From: Vulcanimicrobiota bacterium
Lineage (GTDB): Bacteria > Vulcanimicrobiota > Xenobia > Xenobiales > JADMJV01
DNA: 64,000 nt
Direction: 5' to 3'
NCBI GenBank assembly: GCA_050250895.1
Contig: JBFWNU010000006.1
Span: 215,513-279,512 of the forward strand
Shown: positions 37,074-47,897 of the stretch, piece by piece
How positions within the stretch are numbered: position 1 is the first letter of the stretch
Layout of the letters: each line of letters opens with the position of its first letter
Translations under genes and position numbers: made by a program
The notes under the pieces: generated by a model
The model's input: only the letters and a program-made list of their open reading frames with translations
Told to the model about the DNA's origin: nothing
The model's database searches: none

Positions 37074-40000
37074 GTGAGGGGCAAAGAAAGTGACGCGGTC
37101 TTGGTGAACACAGCCGAGGGGCTTACCGGCCAGGTTATTGACGGTAAGCTCGAGGTCAAGGAACTGATCGGCGAGGGCGGCATGGGCGCCGTCTATCGCG
37201 TTCGCCATTGGGAGTGGAACGTCGACCTGGCTCTCAAATCGGCCCATCCCCAACTCCTGGCCACTGCGGCCGACCGCGAACGCTGGATCAACGAAGCCCA
37301 CACCTGGGTCGACCTCGGTCTCCATCCCAATATCGTGCCCTGCTGGTTCGTTCGCGAGTTTCGCGGCATTCCCGTGCTGTTGCTCGATTATTTGCCGGGC
37401 GGCAGCCTCAAGGAGCTGATGGAGCAGGGCCGGATCGGCCGTGATGATTGGGACCGCATTCTCGACCTGATGATTCAGGCCTCAGACGGGTTGGGCTATG
37501 CCCATGAGCGCGATCTGGTCCACCGCGACGTCAAGCCGGCCAATATGCTCATCGACAGCAAAGGCAATCTTTGCGTCACCGACTTCGGGTTGGCTAAGGC
37601 CCACCAGGATCGCAGTCCGTCCAACAACGGGGGGGCCCTGCCCGCGCACGATCTGGGTCGTCGTCAGGGGTTGTCGCTGACCGCTACGGGCACCCTGATG
37701 GGCACACCTCACTATGCCGCTCCCGAACAATGGATGAATGGCCACGTAGGCAAGCACGCCGACATCTACGCTCTGGGCGTGCTCTTCTACGAACTGGCCA
37801 CCGGACGGCACCCCTTCGTCGAGCCCGGCGTCGAGGCCGGCCTGGGCGAACTGGTGACCGGCCACCTGCAGACTATCCCAAAGCCTCCCAAAGAACTCAA
37901 TCCTCGCGTTCCCAGCGGTTTTAACGACTTGATTCTCGAATGTCTGGCCAAGGATGCCGGCCAGCGGCCCGAGTCGCTGCGCGTGGTGCGCGAACGATTG
38001 GCCGAGGTCTATCAACAGGTTACCGGCAAGGCCTACGGTCGTCCCATTCCCCAGGCCGCTACCGAGCGGGCCGACGCGCTCAACAACAAAGCCGTCTCGC
38101 TGTGGAGTCTGGGCGAGCGTCAGCAGGCTTTTAGCGCCTGGAGCGAGGCTTCGGCCCTGGATTCTCTTCACCCCGAGACCAACTACAATCGCTCGGTGGC
38201 GCACTGGACGCTGGGTCGGCTATCGCCCCTGGAAGTGGAGCGAAAGCTAGCCCACGTGCGGGCAACTCACCGGCGGGCCGGCGCTTACCTGGGTTATTTT
38301 CGCCTGGCTCGCTGCCAGGCCAGTGGGGCGGTCGAGGAGTTCGAGCGAGCCCTGGAAGACCCGACCCTGGCCAGTGACGGCGCTATTTGGAAGGCGCTGG
38401 GTGACGCCCGCATGAGCCTGTGCGAGTTTGACAAAGCCGAAGAGGCTTACAGCCGGGCCCTGGAGAGGATTCCCGAAGACCGCGATAGCCAGAAGCGTCT
38501 CGAGATGGCCAGGGCCCATCAGCGCGAAGACCTGGGACAGCTAGTCTTTCCTCTGGACCGGCCCAGCCACGAGTTCCATCACTACGGCGGAGAACTCATG
38601 GTCGGGGATAGCGAGGCCGTGGCCCTGGCTGGCGAAGGCCGGTTGGAGAAGTTCGATCTGACCACCGGGCTCAGCCTATGGGCCATCGCCCTCGAGGGGC
38701 CGCTGGGCCGGCTCGAATTGCACGGCGATGTGCTGGCTCACGTGCAAACCAGTAGCGGCTGTCTACTTTGCTGGAAAACCGGGCGCCTCTACGGAGCACT
38801 CAGAGACGGCACCAAGCTTTACGCCATGGTCGACGAGTGGCGCGGTGTCGCCGGTCAGGTATCCCTGAAGGTGATCGATATTCGTTCCGGCGCCTCCCAG
38901 GCCAACCTGCTGGGCCACGAAAAGCAGGTTGGGGCGGCCGCCGTGAGCCGCGACGGCAGTTTTATCGTGAGCGGCAGCTTTGACCGCACGGCCCGCCTGT
39001 GGAAGACCTCGAACGGCCAATGTCTGTCGGTCTTTCGCGGTCACACTCACTTCGTCGATGCGGTGGCCGTCAAGTCCCACGGAGCCCTCACCCTTACCGG
39101 GGGCCGGGACCGCTCGTTGAGATTGTGGCTACCGACCGGCGAGTGCGTGGGCGTGCTGCCAGATCATCCGGCGCCCATCGTGGACATCCGGCTGACCCAT
39201 GATGAACAGTTGGCTCTGGTCAGCTGCCGAGACGAGGGTAGCGAACACTGCGTGGTCTGGGAGTTGACCAATCGCACTCAGGTGTTGTCACGGCCCGGAC
39301 GATTGGTCCACCACAGCGCCGAGCGACTCTGGCTGGCCAACGAGGAGTTGGTCTCTCTTTGGGGTTTGCCGGGTGGCGTCCAACACCGCGAACTGGGACC
39401 CAACCCCCAGGGGGTGCTCTCGGTAGCCGGCGAAGGACGCCTGGCGGTGGCTTCGAGAGACGGCAAAGTGCGCGTCTGGGAGTTGCCCCCCAAGGTGGCC
39501 GCCCCGCCGATGATCATCACCCGCAGTTCGAGCTTCAAAGAGGCCGAGGCGGCCCGGGAACAGTTCACCGGTCACTTCCAGGCGGCCCGCCGCCTGATCG
39601 AGCAGGGCCAGCACCGCAAAGCCCACCAGGAATTGACCCACGCCCGTCAGGTGCCTGGCTATGAGAGCGACCCCGGAGCGCTGACCCTGCAGGCCGAACT
39701 TATGGCGGCTCTCCCACGTACAGCCGTGGATCGCATCTGGGAACGCCAGCGAGTGGAAGAGCCGGGTCGCGTCGGCATTCGAGCCCTATCTCTGAGTGCC
39801 GACGGCTGCCAGGTATTGAGCGTGGCCGGTCGTTCCATCCGGGTTTGGAACATGACCTCCGGCTCGTGCTTGCGGGGACTCAACGGACACCGAGGCGAGG
39901 TGTATTGCGTGGCTGTCTCGGATGATGTCGAGGTGGCCATCTCGGGCGGCTCGGATCGCACCCTGCGAGTTTGGAAGCCGGCCACCGGGCAGTGTCTGAA

Positions 40001-40706
40001 GGTCTATAGTGAAGCCACCGATTCGGTGGTCGGAGTCGCCCTGACGCCAGATGGCAGGCTGGCCGCGGCTTCGGACAAGAGCGGCCGCACGCGAATTTAT
40101 GACCTCGAGGCCGGTACCTGCCGCTGGGTCTTCAAGACTCCCGGCGTCGAATCGCCCAGCCTGAGCCTGGATGGCTCTCGTCTGCTGACTCTGGCCGGTA
40201 AGGGCCAGGTGTGGGACACGGTGGAAGGCAGGCCTCTCGAGCTTTGTCATGTGCCCCGTGGAGACCTGGGGTTGGTGACCTCGGAAGGTCGCTTCGTCCT
40301 CACCGCCGACGCCTCGGGTTCGATTTATCTATGGGACTATCTCGAGAGCGGTATGGTGCTCGAGCTCGAGGGTCACGAGGGACCGGTGGTCGCCCTGGCA
40401 GCCTCGCGCGACGGTTTGACTCTGGCCACGGCCGGTCGCGATCGGACCATCAAGATTTGGGATGTGGCCCAGAAGAAATGTCTGCGCACGATGTCGGTAT
40501 CGACCTTCGAGCCCACCGTGCTGGCCTTGTCTCCCGAGGGTCGGGTGCTGATCGCCGGCGACGCGGCCGGCGGGATTCGCCAGTGGGAGTTCGATTGGAC
40601 TCTGGAAGCCGGGCGCAAGGTCGAACTCGAGCGCCTCTTTCCTCCGCCGGGTCCCATCAAGCGTTTCTTGCGTCGTCTGGGTGGCAACAAAGCGCGGCGT
40701 GCCTGA
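37074..40706 (+). CDS. Ser/Thr kinase with TPR and WD40 repeats
   Basis: GEGGMG, HRDVKPAN, DFG, APEQW; multiple GH...W[DK] repeats. Confidence 0.93.
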   Translation: MRGKESDAVLVNTAEGLTGQVIDGKLEVKELIGEGGMGAVYRVRHWEWNVDLALKSAHPQLLATAADRERWINEAHTWVDLGLHPNIVPCWFVREFRGIPVLLLDYLPGGSLKELMEQGRIGRDDWDRILDLMIQASDGLGYAHERDLVHRDVKPANMLIDSKGNLCVTDFGLAKAHQDRSPSNNGGALPAHDLGRRQGLSLTATGTLMGTPHYAAPEQWMNGHVGKHADIYALGVLFYELATGRHPFVEPGVEAGLGELVTGHLQTIPKPPKELNPRVPSGFNDLILECLAKDAGQRPESLRVVRERLAEVYQQVTGKAYGRPIPQAATERADALNNKAVSLWSLGERQQAFSAWSEASALDSLHPETNYNRSVAHWTLGRLSPLEVERKLAHVRATHRRAGAYLGYFRLARCQASGAVEEFERALEDPTLASDGAIWKALGDARMSLCEFDKAEEAYSRALERIPEDRDSQKRLEMARAHQREDLGQLVFPLDRPSHEFHHYGGELMVGDSEAVALAGEGRLEKFDLTTGLSLWAIALEGPLGRLELHGDVLAHVQTSSGCLLCWKTGRLYGALRDGTKLYAMVDEWRGVAGQVSLKVIDIRSGASQANLLGHEKQVGAAAVSRDGSFIVSGSFDRTARLWKTSNGQCLSVFRGHTHFVDAVAVKSHGALTLTGGRDRSLRLWLPTGECVGVLPDHPAPIVDIRLTHDEQLALVSCRDEGSEHCVVWELTNRTQVLSRPGRLVHHSAERLWLANEELVSLWGLPGGVQHRELGPNPQGVLSVAGEGRLAVASRDGKVRVWELPPKVAAPPMIITRSSSFKEAEAAREQFTGHFQAARRLIEQGQHRKAHQELTHARQVPGYESDPGALTLQAELMAALPRTAVDRIWERQRVEEPGRVGIRALSLSADGCQVLSVAGRSIRVWNMTSGSCLRGLNGHRGEVYCVAVSDDVEVAISGGSDRTLRVWKPATGQCLKVYSEATDSVVGVALTPDGRLAAASDKSGRTRIYDLEAGTCRWVFKTPGVESPSLSLDGSRLLTLAGKGQVWDTVEGRPLELCHVPRGDLGLVTSEGRFVLTADASGSIYLWDYLESGMVLELEGHEGPVVALAASRDGLTLATAGRDRTIKIWDVAQKKCLRTMSVSTFEPTVLALSPEGRVLIAGDAAGGIRQWEFDWTLEAGRKVELERLFPPPGPIKRFLRRLGGNKARRA

Positions 40707-40762
40707 ATTTTCGACAGGGCTGGACTCGCACGTGTCAAACCTGTGCCACACAGGAGGCTGCT

Positions 40763-41824
40763 GTGAAGAAAGACGCGCGAGAATTTCTCCAAGGATTGGT
40801 TGAGTCCCACGGGACCCCGGGTTATGAAGAAGGGGTCCAGAAGCTCTTTCGAAATCGCATCGCGCCGGTTTGCAGCGAGGTGCGAACCGACGTGCTCGGC
40901 TCGGTTATCGGCGTGCGAAACCCCGGCAAGAAGCCCCGCATTCTCTTCGATGGGCACAGTGACGAGATCGGTTTTCTGGTTCGGTATATCGACGATAACG
41001 GCTTTCTGTTCGTGGCTCCCTCGGGAGGCTGGGACGCTGAGGTTGTGGTCAGTCAACGGGTGCTGGTGCATACCGCCAAAGGACCACTGTCGGGGGTCAT
41101 TGGCAAAAAGGCTATCCACCTGATGGATGCCGAGGAGCGCAAGAAGAAGTCCGAGCTACATCAACTCTGGATCGACCTTGGCGCCGCCGACGGCGAGCAA
41201 GCCAAAAAGCTTGTCGAGATCGGCGATTTCGTCACCATGGACGCTCCCTTCACCGAAGTTCTCGAGGGACGCGCGGTAGCCAAGTCGTTTGACAATCGAG
41301 CCGGGATCTTCGTGGTGGCCGAGACTTTGCGAGGCCTGAACAAGTCGCTCAAAGCCAGCGTCTATGGGGTGTCGGCCGTGCAGGAAGAGATCGGGCTGCG
41401 CGGCGCCAAGGCGGCCGCCTATGCGGTCGACCCCGATATCGGCATTGCCATCGATGTGACCCACGCCGTCGATCACCCCGACGCCAACAAGCGCAAAGTG
41501 GGTGATCTGCGTCTAGGTAAAGGGCCCGTCATCTGTCGGGGACCCAACATCAACCCCAAGGTGTTCGCCCGGTTGGTGGAAGTGGCCAGGAAGAAGAAGA
41601 TTCCCTATCAGGTCGAGGCCGACGGCCGCGGGACCGGCACCGACGCCAACGTGATCCAGTTGACCCGCGGCGGCGTGGCGACCGGCCTGGTCTCGATCCC
41701 GCTACGCTACATGCACAACCCGTGCGAGATGTTGGCGCTCGACGACCTCGACAACACCGTCAAACTGCTGGTAGCCTTCGCGCAGTCGGTCAGCCCCGAG
41801 GACGACTGGACTCCTGGAACCTAG
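40763..41824 (+). CDS. M42-family aminopeptidase
   Basis: GHSDEIG, FDNRAG, VQEEIG, IDVTH, GTDA, RYMH; AGGAGG RBS. Confidence 0.93.
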   Translation: MKKDAREFLQGLVESHGTPGYEEGVQKLFRNRIAPVCSEVRTDVLGSVIGVRNPGKKPRILFDGHSDEIGFLVRYIDDNGFLFVAPSGGWDAEVVVSQRVLVHTAKGPLSGVIGKKAIHLMDAEERKKKSELHQLWIDLGAADGEQAKKLVEIGDFVTMDAPFTEVLEGRAVAKSFDNRAGIFVVAETLRGLNKSLKASVYGVSAVQEEIGLRGAKAAAYAVDPDIGIAIDVTHAVDHPDANKRKVGDLRLGKGPVICRGPNINPKVFARLVEVARKKKIPYQVEADGRGTGTDANVIQLTRGGVATGLVSIPLRYMHNPCEMLALDDLDNTVKLLVAFAQSVSPEDDWTPGT

Positions 41825-43510
41825 ATGCTGCTAGAACTCGAAGTCGACAACTTTGCCCTGGTCGAGCATCTGACCCTGTGCTTCGAGGCGGGCCTGACGG
41901 TTCTCACTGGCGAGACCGGGGCCGGCAAATCGATCGTGCTCGACTCGATCAGCTTCCTGTTCGGCGGCACCCCGCGGGAAGAGGGGCCGCCCCGGGACCG
42001 ACCCCGCCGCGTCTCGGGACGCTTCGCCATCGACGCCAAAGCCCGCCAGCGTTTGCTCGAATGGGAATTCGACTGCGAAGAAGACGAAGTGTTGCTCAGC
42101 CGCGAACTCAAGCCCTCGGGGCGAACCAGTTGCCGCATCAACTCGCGCCTGATGACGGTGGCCAACCTGCGCGAGTTGGGCGAGCTCCTGATCGACCTCC
42201 ACGGTCAACATCAGAGTCACTCGCTGCAAAAGCCGTCGCGCCATCTCGAGTTGTTGGATCGGGTGGCCGGTAAGGCTCATCTCGAGCAGGTGGCTGCGTA
42301 CGAACAGCTCTATCGCCAGGCTCAAGTCTGTCAGGCCGAGCTTGACCAGTTGAGAGGGGCCGAGCGGGAACGCGTTCGCGAGTTGGAATGGTTGACTCGC
42401 GATCTTGACGAGATTCGTGACAAGGCCCCGGTGGTCGATGAGGAAGAAGAGTTAGAACAAGAGTTTCGTCGCCTGTCGGCGGCCGAAGAGCTGGCCGAGG
42501 CAAGCTCTCGCGTGGCCGATGGTCTCGGGCGCGACGGGGGGTGTTTGGACACGCTGGCGGCGGCTTCGCGGCGCTTGCTGAGTCTGACCAGTCACGACGC
42601 ATGTCTGGAAGAGTTCGCCAACCGGTTGGGCGAAGCCGAGATCGTGCTCAGCGAGTTGCAGCGCGATCTGGTCAGTTATCGCGAGCAACTGGTGGCCGAC
42701 CCGGTTCGTCTCGATGCCGTGCAGAGCCGTCTCGAGGTGCTCAAAGGGTTGCGGCGCAAATATGGGGCCACGCTGGCTGATGTGCTCGACTATGCCCGGG
42801 AGGCCGAGGCGAAGCTAGAACAGTTGTCCGAGGCCGACCGTCGCTGCGAGGCTCTCGAGGCCCGTCGAGAAAAGCTCTGGAGCGAGGTGGTGGCAGCCGC
42901 AAAAGGCTTGACCGCTAATCGTCACCAGGCGGCTCGAGCTCTCGAGGCGGAGGTGGTGAAAGAGCTGGCCGGCCTGGGGATGGCCCGCACGACTTTCGTG
43001 GTGCGCTTCGAGAACCCACCAGAGCCCGGTCTGGCTGGAGCCGAGACGGCCGAGTTCTTGATGTCGCCAAATCCCGGCCAGGACCCCAAGCCGCTGGCTC
43101 GGGTGGCCTCGGGGGGAGAATTGTCGCGAGTGATGCTGGCCCTGGTCGCCCTGTTTGCGCGCTACGATGCCGTGCCGACCCTGATCTTTGACGAGATCGA
43201 TGTGGGCCTCGGCGGCCGCGCAGCCGAGGCAGTGGCCGCCAAGCTCAAGAGTCTGGCCCGGCATTCGCAGGTCATCTGCGTCACCCATCTGGCCGTGGTG
43301 GCCGCGGCCGGTCATCAGCATGTTCGGGTCCACAAGGCCATCCACCAGCAGAAGACACTGATCTCGGTAGAGTCTCTCGACCCGCCCGGACGGGTTCTGG
43401 AAGTGGCTCGGATGATCAGCGGCGATGCCTCTCCCGAGACGGCGCTGCGTCACGCCGAGGAGTTGCTGCGCGGGGCCGGGGCAGGGATGGCAATGGGGGC
43501 GGAGAACTAG
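41825..43510 (+). CDS. recN: DNA repair protein RecN
   Basis: TGETGAGKS, HGQH, ASGGELSR, IFDEIDVG, CVTHL. Confidence 0.96.
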   Translation: MLLELEVDNFALVEHLTLCFEAGLTVLTGETGAGKSIVLDSISFLFGGTPREEGPPRDRPRRVSGRFAIDAKARQRLLEWEFDCEEDEVLLSRELKPSGRTSCRINSRLMTVANLRELGELLIDLHGQHQSHSLQKPSRHLELLDRVAGKAHLEQVAAYEQLYRQAQVCQAELDQLRGAERERVRELEWLTRDLDEIRDKAPVVDEEEELEQEFRRLSAAEELAEASSRVADGLGRDGGCLDTLAAASRRLLSLTSHDACLEEFANRLGEAEIVLSELQRDLVSYREQLVADPVRLDAVQSRLEVLKGLRRKYGATLADVLDYAREAEAKLEQLSEADRRCEALEARREKLWSEVVAAAKGLTANRHQAARALEAEVVKELAGLGMARTTFVVRFENPPEPGLAGAETAEFLMSPNPGQDPKPLARVASGGELSRVMLALVALFARYDAVPTLIFDEIDVGLGGRAAEAVAAKLKSLARHSQVICVTHLAVVAAAGHQHVRVHKAIHQQKTLISVESLDPPGRVLEVARMISGDASPETALRHAEELLRGAGAGMAMGAEN

Positions 43511-43569
43511 GAGCCCGGCCGGAGCCGGGTTTTGTGGCCACGGGCTTTGGGTCACGGAAGCGAAGGTAT

Positions 43570-44871
43570 ATGGTTAAGAGCACGGTTCTGGAGAACGGTC
43601 TTCAGATAGTCACCGAGAGAATTCCCGAATTTCGATCTTGCACACTTGGCATCTGGATCGGGACCGGTTCACGCCACGAGCAAGAGAGCGAGGCCGGCAC
43701 CTCTCACTTCCTCGAGCACCTGCTGTTCAAGGGCACCAGCACTCGCAGCGCCTACGATATCGCCAAGACGATGGACGGGGTAGGGGGGCAGCTCAACGCC
43801 TTTACCGAGAAAGAACGCACCTGCTACTATGCCCGTGTGATGGCCGATCATGTGACGCTGGCGGTCGATTTGCTGGTGGACATGGTGGCTCATTCTCTGC
43901 TCGACCCGGCGGAGGTCGAGCGCGAGAAGGGCGTGATTCTCGAAGAGATCAAGATGTTCGAAGACTCGCCCGACGATCAGGTGGCCCATCATTTTACCCG
44001 TCGCGTCTGGGCTCGTCACGCCCTGGGGCGTCCCATCATCGGCACCCGTCAGGTGGTGGCCGGCATGTCTCGCGAGCTCCTGCTCGAATACATGCAGCGC
44101 CGCTATCGGACCTCGAACATCATGGTCGCCGCCGCTGGCCAGGTCGATCACGACCTGCTGGTGGGCGAGGTCAAGCGCCGGTCCGATCAGCTGCTGCAGG
44201 GCGCCACCTCGCAAACCTTGACTCCACCGGCCTCTTCCCGGCGCTCGGTGGTCTATTTCAAGGACTGCGAACAGGTCTACGTTTGCTATGGCTGCCCGGG
44301 CCTGTCGGCCATCGATCCCCGGCGCTACCAGATGATGGTGCTCGACAGCGTGTTGGGGGGTTCGATGTCCTCGCGCCTGTTCCAAGAAATTCGCGAGAAG
44401 CGGGGGCTGGTCTATTCGGTGGGAACCTTCCAGAATTCGTACCGGGATTGTGGATTGTTCGGCATCTACGCCGGTACGGGCAGCGACCGAGTCGAGCAGG
44501 TGATCGATATCACCCGCGACATTCTCACCGATATTCGCAACCACGGCATTACCGACGAAGAATTATCTCGCGCCAAAGAGTTGCTCAAGGGCAACCTGGC
44601 CCTGGCTATGGAGAGCACCTCGGCCCGAATGTTGAGACTGGCCCGGTCGGTGTTCTATCACGGTCGATTGGTTCCCATCGGCGAAGTCTTATCCGAGGTT
44701 GAAAAGACCGACCACGAGAATATTCGCGCGCTGGCGGATTGGCTGCTCGATATCGACAACTATTCTCTGGCTGTGCTCGGGCCGGTGGAATCGGTGGACG
44801 GCATTTCGGCGCAGCCCGTCGAGAGCCTGTCCTCGGTGGACCAGGCGGCCTTTTGCGGAGGAAGAAGCTAG
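43570..44871 (+). CDS. M16-family zinc peptidase
   Basis: HFLEHLLFKGT, NAFT, MSSRLFQEIREKRGLVYSV. Confidence 0.95.
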   Translation: MVKSTVLENGLQIVTERIPEFRSCTLGIWIGTGSRHEQESEAGTSHFLEHLLFKGTSTRSAYDIAKTMDGVGGQLNAFTEKERTCYYARVMADHVTLAVDLLVDMVAHSLLDPAEVEREKGVILEEIKMFEDSPDDQVAHHFTRRVWARHALGRPIIGTRQVVAGMSRELLLEYMQRRYRTSNIMVAAAGQVDHDLLVGEVKRRSDQLLQGATSQTLTPPASSRRSVVYFKDCEQVYVCYGCPGLSAIDPRRYQMMVLDSVLGGSMSSRLFQEIREKRGLVYSVGTFQNSYRDCGLFGIYAGTGSDRVEQVIDITRDILTDIRNHGITDEELSRAKELLKGNLALAMESTSARMLRLARSVFYHGRLVPIGEVLSEVEKTDHENIRALADWLLDIDNYSLAVLGPVESVDGISAQPVESLSSVDQAAFCGGRS

Positions 44872-45681
44872 GTGGAACCCGAGGACCGAATCAAAGTAGT
44901 GGTGGTCGGGGCCAACGGCCGTATGGGCCGACAAACGGTCGAAACGGTCTTGCAACAGGTCGACCTCGAGCTGGTCGCGGCCGTGGGTCACGCCCGCGAG
45001 TTGGGTGAAGACGTTGGTGTCTTGACCACCGGCGAAGCCTGCGGCATCACCCTGACCAATGACCTGGAAGCAGCTGTTGCAGCGGCCAGCGGAGGGGTAT
45101 TGGTGGATTTTAGCCTGGGCCACGCAGTCAAGCACACGGTGCTGGCCGCCCTGGCCCGCGACGTAGCCTGCGTGGTGGGGGCTACCGCCATCCCCGGCAC
45201 CGACGAGTCGGAAATGGTCGAGGCGGCTGGCAAGACGCCGGTGTTGATCGCGCCCAACTTCGCTCTGGGAGCGGTGCTGATGATGCAGTTCGCCCGCCAG
45301 GCTTCCAAGTATTTTCGGTGGGCCGAGATTATCGAGTTTCACCACGAGAAGAAGGTGGACGCTCCCTCGGGCACGGCCCGTCGCACCGCCGACTTGATGC
45401 GGCGGGCCCGTTCAGACGGCTTTCGAGCCGCCCCCGAGGGCGACGAGAGTCTCAAAGACTGTCGCGGAGGGTCGATCGGGGGGATACGCATCCACTCGGT
45501 GCGTCTGCCCGGGCTGCTGGCCCATCAAGAGGTGATTTTCGGAGCTCAAGGCGAGACGTTGTCGATTCGCCACGACGCCCGTTCGCGCGAGTCGTACATG
45601 CCGGGGGTTCTGCTGGCAATACGCAAAATTCGCAGTCTGACCGGCTGCGTCATCGGATTGGAGAATTTGGTCGATTCGTGA
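44872..45681 (+). CDS. dapB: 4-hydroxy-tetrahydrodipicolinate reductase
   Basis: GANGRMG, APNFALG, EFHHEKKVDAPSGTA. Confidence 0.97.
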   Translation: MEPEDRIKVVVVGANGRMGRQTVETVLQQVDLELVAAVGHARELGEDVGVLTTGEACGITLTNDLEAAVAAASGGVLVDFSLGHAVKHTVLAALARDVACVVGATAIPGTDESEMVEAAGKTPVLIAPNFALGAVLMMQFARQASKYFRWAEIIEFHHEKKVDAPSGTARRTADLMRRARSDGFRAAPEGDESLKDCRGGSIGGIRIHSVRLPGLLAHQEVIFGAQGETLSIRHDARSRESYMPGVLLAIRKIRSLTGCVIGLENLVDS

Positions 45682-46688
45682 GTAAGAGGTATTGTGTAGC
45701 GGTGGTCGGAGCCACCGGGGCGGTGGGTTCGACCATGCTCACCGTGCTTGAAGAACAGAATTTTCCCGTGGCCAGGTTGCGCCCCGCGGCGACCTCGCGT
45801 TCGGCCGGCACCGAGGTCGAGTTTCAGGCCCAGAAATGGGTGGTCGAAGACATCGATCAGATGAGCTTCGAAGGGGTCGATGTGGCGCTCTTTGCTGGCG
45901 GCGAGATCGCTTCCGAAAAGTATGCCGAGGCCGCTCGTCAGGCGGGCGCGGTGGTGATCGACAATTCCGCCACCTTTCGCATGCACCCCGACGTGCCGCT
46001 GGTGGTGCCCGAGGTCAACCCCGACGATCTGGCCGAGCACGGCGGGATCATCGCCAATCCCAACTGCTCCACCATCCAGATGGTGGTGGCCCTGGCTCCG
46101 CTGCGTGAGGCCGGTTTGAAGCGGGTGATCGTGTGCACCTATCAGTCGGTCTCGGGCACGGGCAAGCCGGCCATCGACGAACTCGAGAACCAGACCCGAA
46201 ACTGGGCGGCCGGCCAGGATTATGGCCCGGCCGAGGTCTATCCCAGCACCATCGCTTTCAACTTGCTGCCTCATATCGGTTCGTTCTTGGAAGACGGCTA
46301 TACCGGCGAGGAACGCAAGATGATTCTCGAGACGCGCAAGATTATGGGGTTGCCCGATCTGGCCGTGACCGCGACTTGCGTGCGCGTGCCCACGCGCTAC
46401 GCCCACGCCGAGTCGGTCTACATCGAGACCGAGCGCGAGTTGACGGTCGAGCGGGCGGTCGAACTTCTGTCTGCCGCTCCCGGAATCAAGGTCTTTGCCG
46501 AGGCTGCCGACTATCCGACTCCCCTGTCGACTGAAGGACAAGACCTGACCATGGTGGGCAGAATTCATCGCGATGTATCGGTGAAATACGGTCTGCACCT
46601 TTGGGTAGTGGCGGACAACCTGCGCAAGGGGGCCGCCACCAACGCGGTCCAGATTGCTCAGACCCTGATCGCACGCGGTCAACTTTAA
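45678..46688 (+). CDS. asd: Aspartate-semialdehyde dehydrogenase
   Basis: VGATGAVG, IANPNCST, QSVSGTG, DNLRKGAA. Confidence 0.97.
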   Translation: MSKRYCVAVVGATGAVGSTMLTVLEEQNFPVARLRPAATSRSAGTEVEFQAQKWVVEDIDQMSFEGVDVALFAGGEIASEKYAEAARQAGAVVIDNSATFRMHPDVPLVVPEVNPDDLAEHGGIIANPNCSTIQMVVALAPLREAGLKRVIVCTYQSVSGTGKPAIDELENQTRNWAAGQDYGPAEVYPSTIAFNLLPHIGSFLEDGYTGEERKMILETRKIMGLPDLAVTATCVRVPTRYAHAESVYIETERELTVERAVELLSAAPGIKVFAEAADYPTPLSTEGQDLTMVGRIHRDVSVKYGLHLWVVADNLRKGAATNAVQIAQTLIARGQL

Positions 46689-47897
46689 ATGCTGAAGGTC
46701 GTGGTCCAGAAGTTCGGTGGGACTTCGGTGGCCAGCCCCGAGGGTCGTCGGCAAGTGGCCGAGCGAGTGCGCGCGGCGCTCGAACGGGGCCTTAACCCGG
46801 TGTTGGTACTATCGGCCATGGGCCGCTCTCCCGAGCCGTATGCCACCGACTCTCTGTTGGAACTGGTCAAGCCGTTCTCGGCACACGCCGATACTCGCGA
46901 GCTTGACCTGCTGATGGGTTGTGGCGAGATCATCTCGTGCGTGCTGATGAGCCACTATCTGCGCAGCCTGGGTTACCGCAGTTCCGCCCTGGATGCTTAC
47001 GGTGCCGGGATTCGTGCCGACGGACGCCACGGCGACGCCCGCATCGTCTCGATCGATCCCAGGCTGATGTTGGCCCTGGTGAGCAACGGCGGTATTCCTG
47101 TGGTGGCGGGGTTTCAGGGGGTCAACCAGGATAACTCCTTGACGACCCTCGGACGCGGGGGGAGTGACACGACGGCAGTGGCCGTCGGAGCGGCCCTGAG
47201 AGCCCACTACGTGGAGATCTACACCGACGTCGATGGAGTGATGACCGCCGACCCACGGGTGTTGCCCGAGGCGCAGATCCTCTCCGAGATCAACTTCGAA
47301 GAGATGGGCGAATTGGCGGGGGAGGGGGCCAAGGTCGTCCACCCGCGGGCGGTCGAGTTGGCGGACGATCACGGCATCCCTCTATGGATCAAGAATACCT
47401 TCGGCGACTTTTACGGCACCTACCTGTCCCGGGCCGTGCCCAAAGACAGCTACGAGCGCACTCGGATCATCACGGGGCTGGCCCATGTGCTCGGATTAAG
47501 CCAGGTGGTCATCGAGGTCACCCAGCCGGCCGACAAGGCTCGTTGCCTGGATCGCCTGGCCGGTGAGGGCGTCAATCTCGACCTCATCAACGTGACCACT
47601 GACCGTCTCTACTGTATCGTTCGCAGCGAGCCGTTCGAACAGACGGCGCGCCAGGTGCTCGAGTCGCTCGGACTCGAGTTTGCCATTCGCTCGAACTGCG
47701 CCAAGCTTTCGGTAGTGGGGGCAGGCATGCGAGGCACGCCCGGCGTGATGGCGCGGGTCTACGGTTGTTTGATCGAGGCCGGGGTGGACGTGCTGCATTC
47801 CACCGACTCGAACATCACCATTTCGTTTCTGATACCGGCCGCTCAGATCAGCTCGGCCGTGGCCGCGCTGCATAGCCGGTTTATCGCTTGTACTTGA
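46689..47897 (+). CDS. Aspartate kinase (DapG/LysC-like)
   Basis: VQKFGGTSV, TLGRGGSDTTA, YTDVDG, ACT domains. Confidence 0.95.
   Translation: MLKVVVQKFGGTSVASPEGRRQVAERVRAALERGLNPVLVLSAMGRSPEPYATDSLLELVKPFSAHADTRELDLLMGCGEIISCVLMSHYLRSLGYRSSALDAYGAGIRADGRHGDARIVSIDPRLMLALVSNGGIPVVAGFQGVNQDNSLTTLGRGGSDTTAVAVGAALRAHYVEIYTDVDGVMTADPRVLPEAQILSEINFEEMGELAGEGAKVVHPRAVELADDHGIPLWIKNTFGDFYGTYLSRAVPKDSYERTRIITGLAHVLGLSQVVIEVTQPADKARCLDRLAGEGVNLDLINVTTDRLYCIVRSEPFEQTARQVLESLGLEFAIRSNCAKLSVVGAGMRGTPGVMARVYGCLIEAGVDVLHSTDSNITISFLIPAAQISSAVAALHSRFIACT

Noticed and set aside
40211-40762. N-terminal extensions of the M42 ORF, and likewise of asd, aroK, MoxR and VWA ORFs
   Set aside because: They overlap neighbouring genes; better starts with RBS or coupling lie downstream
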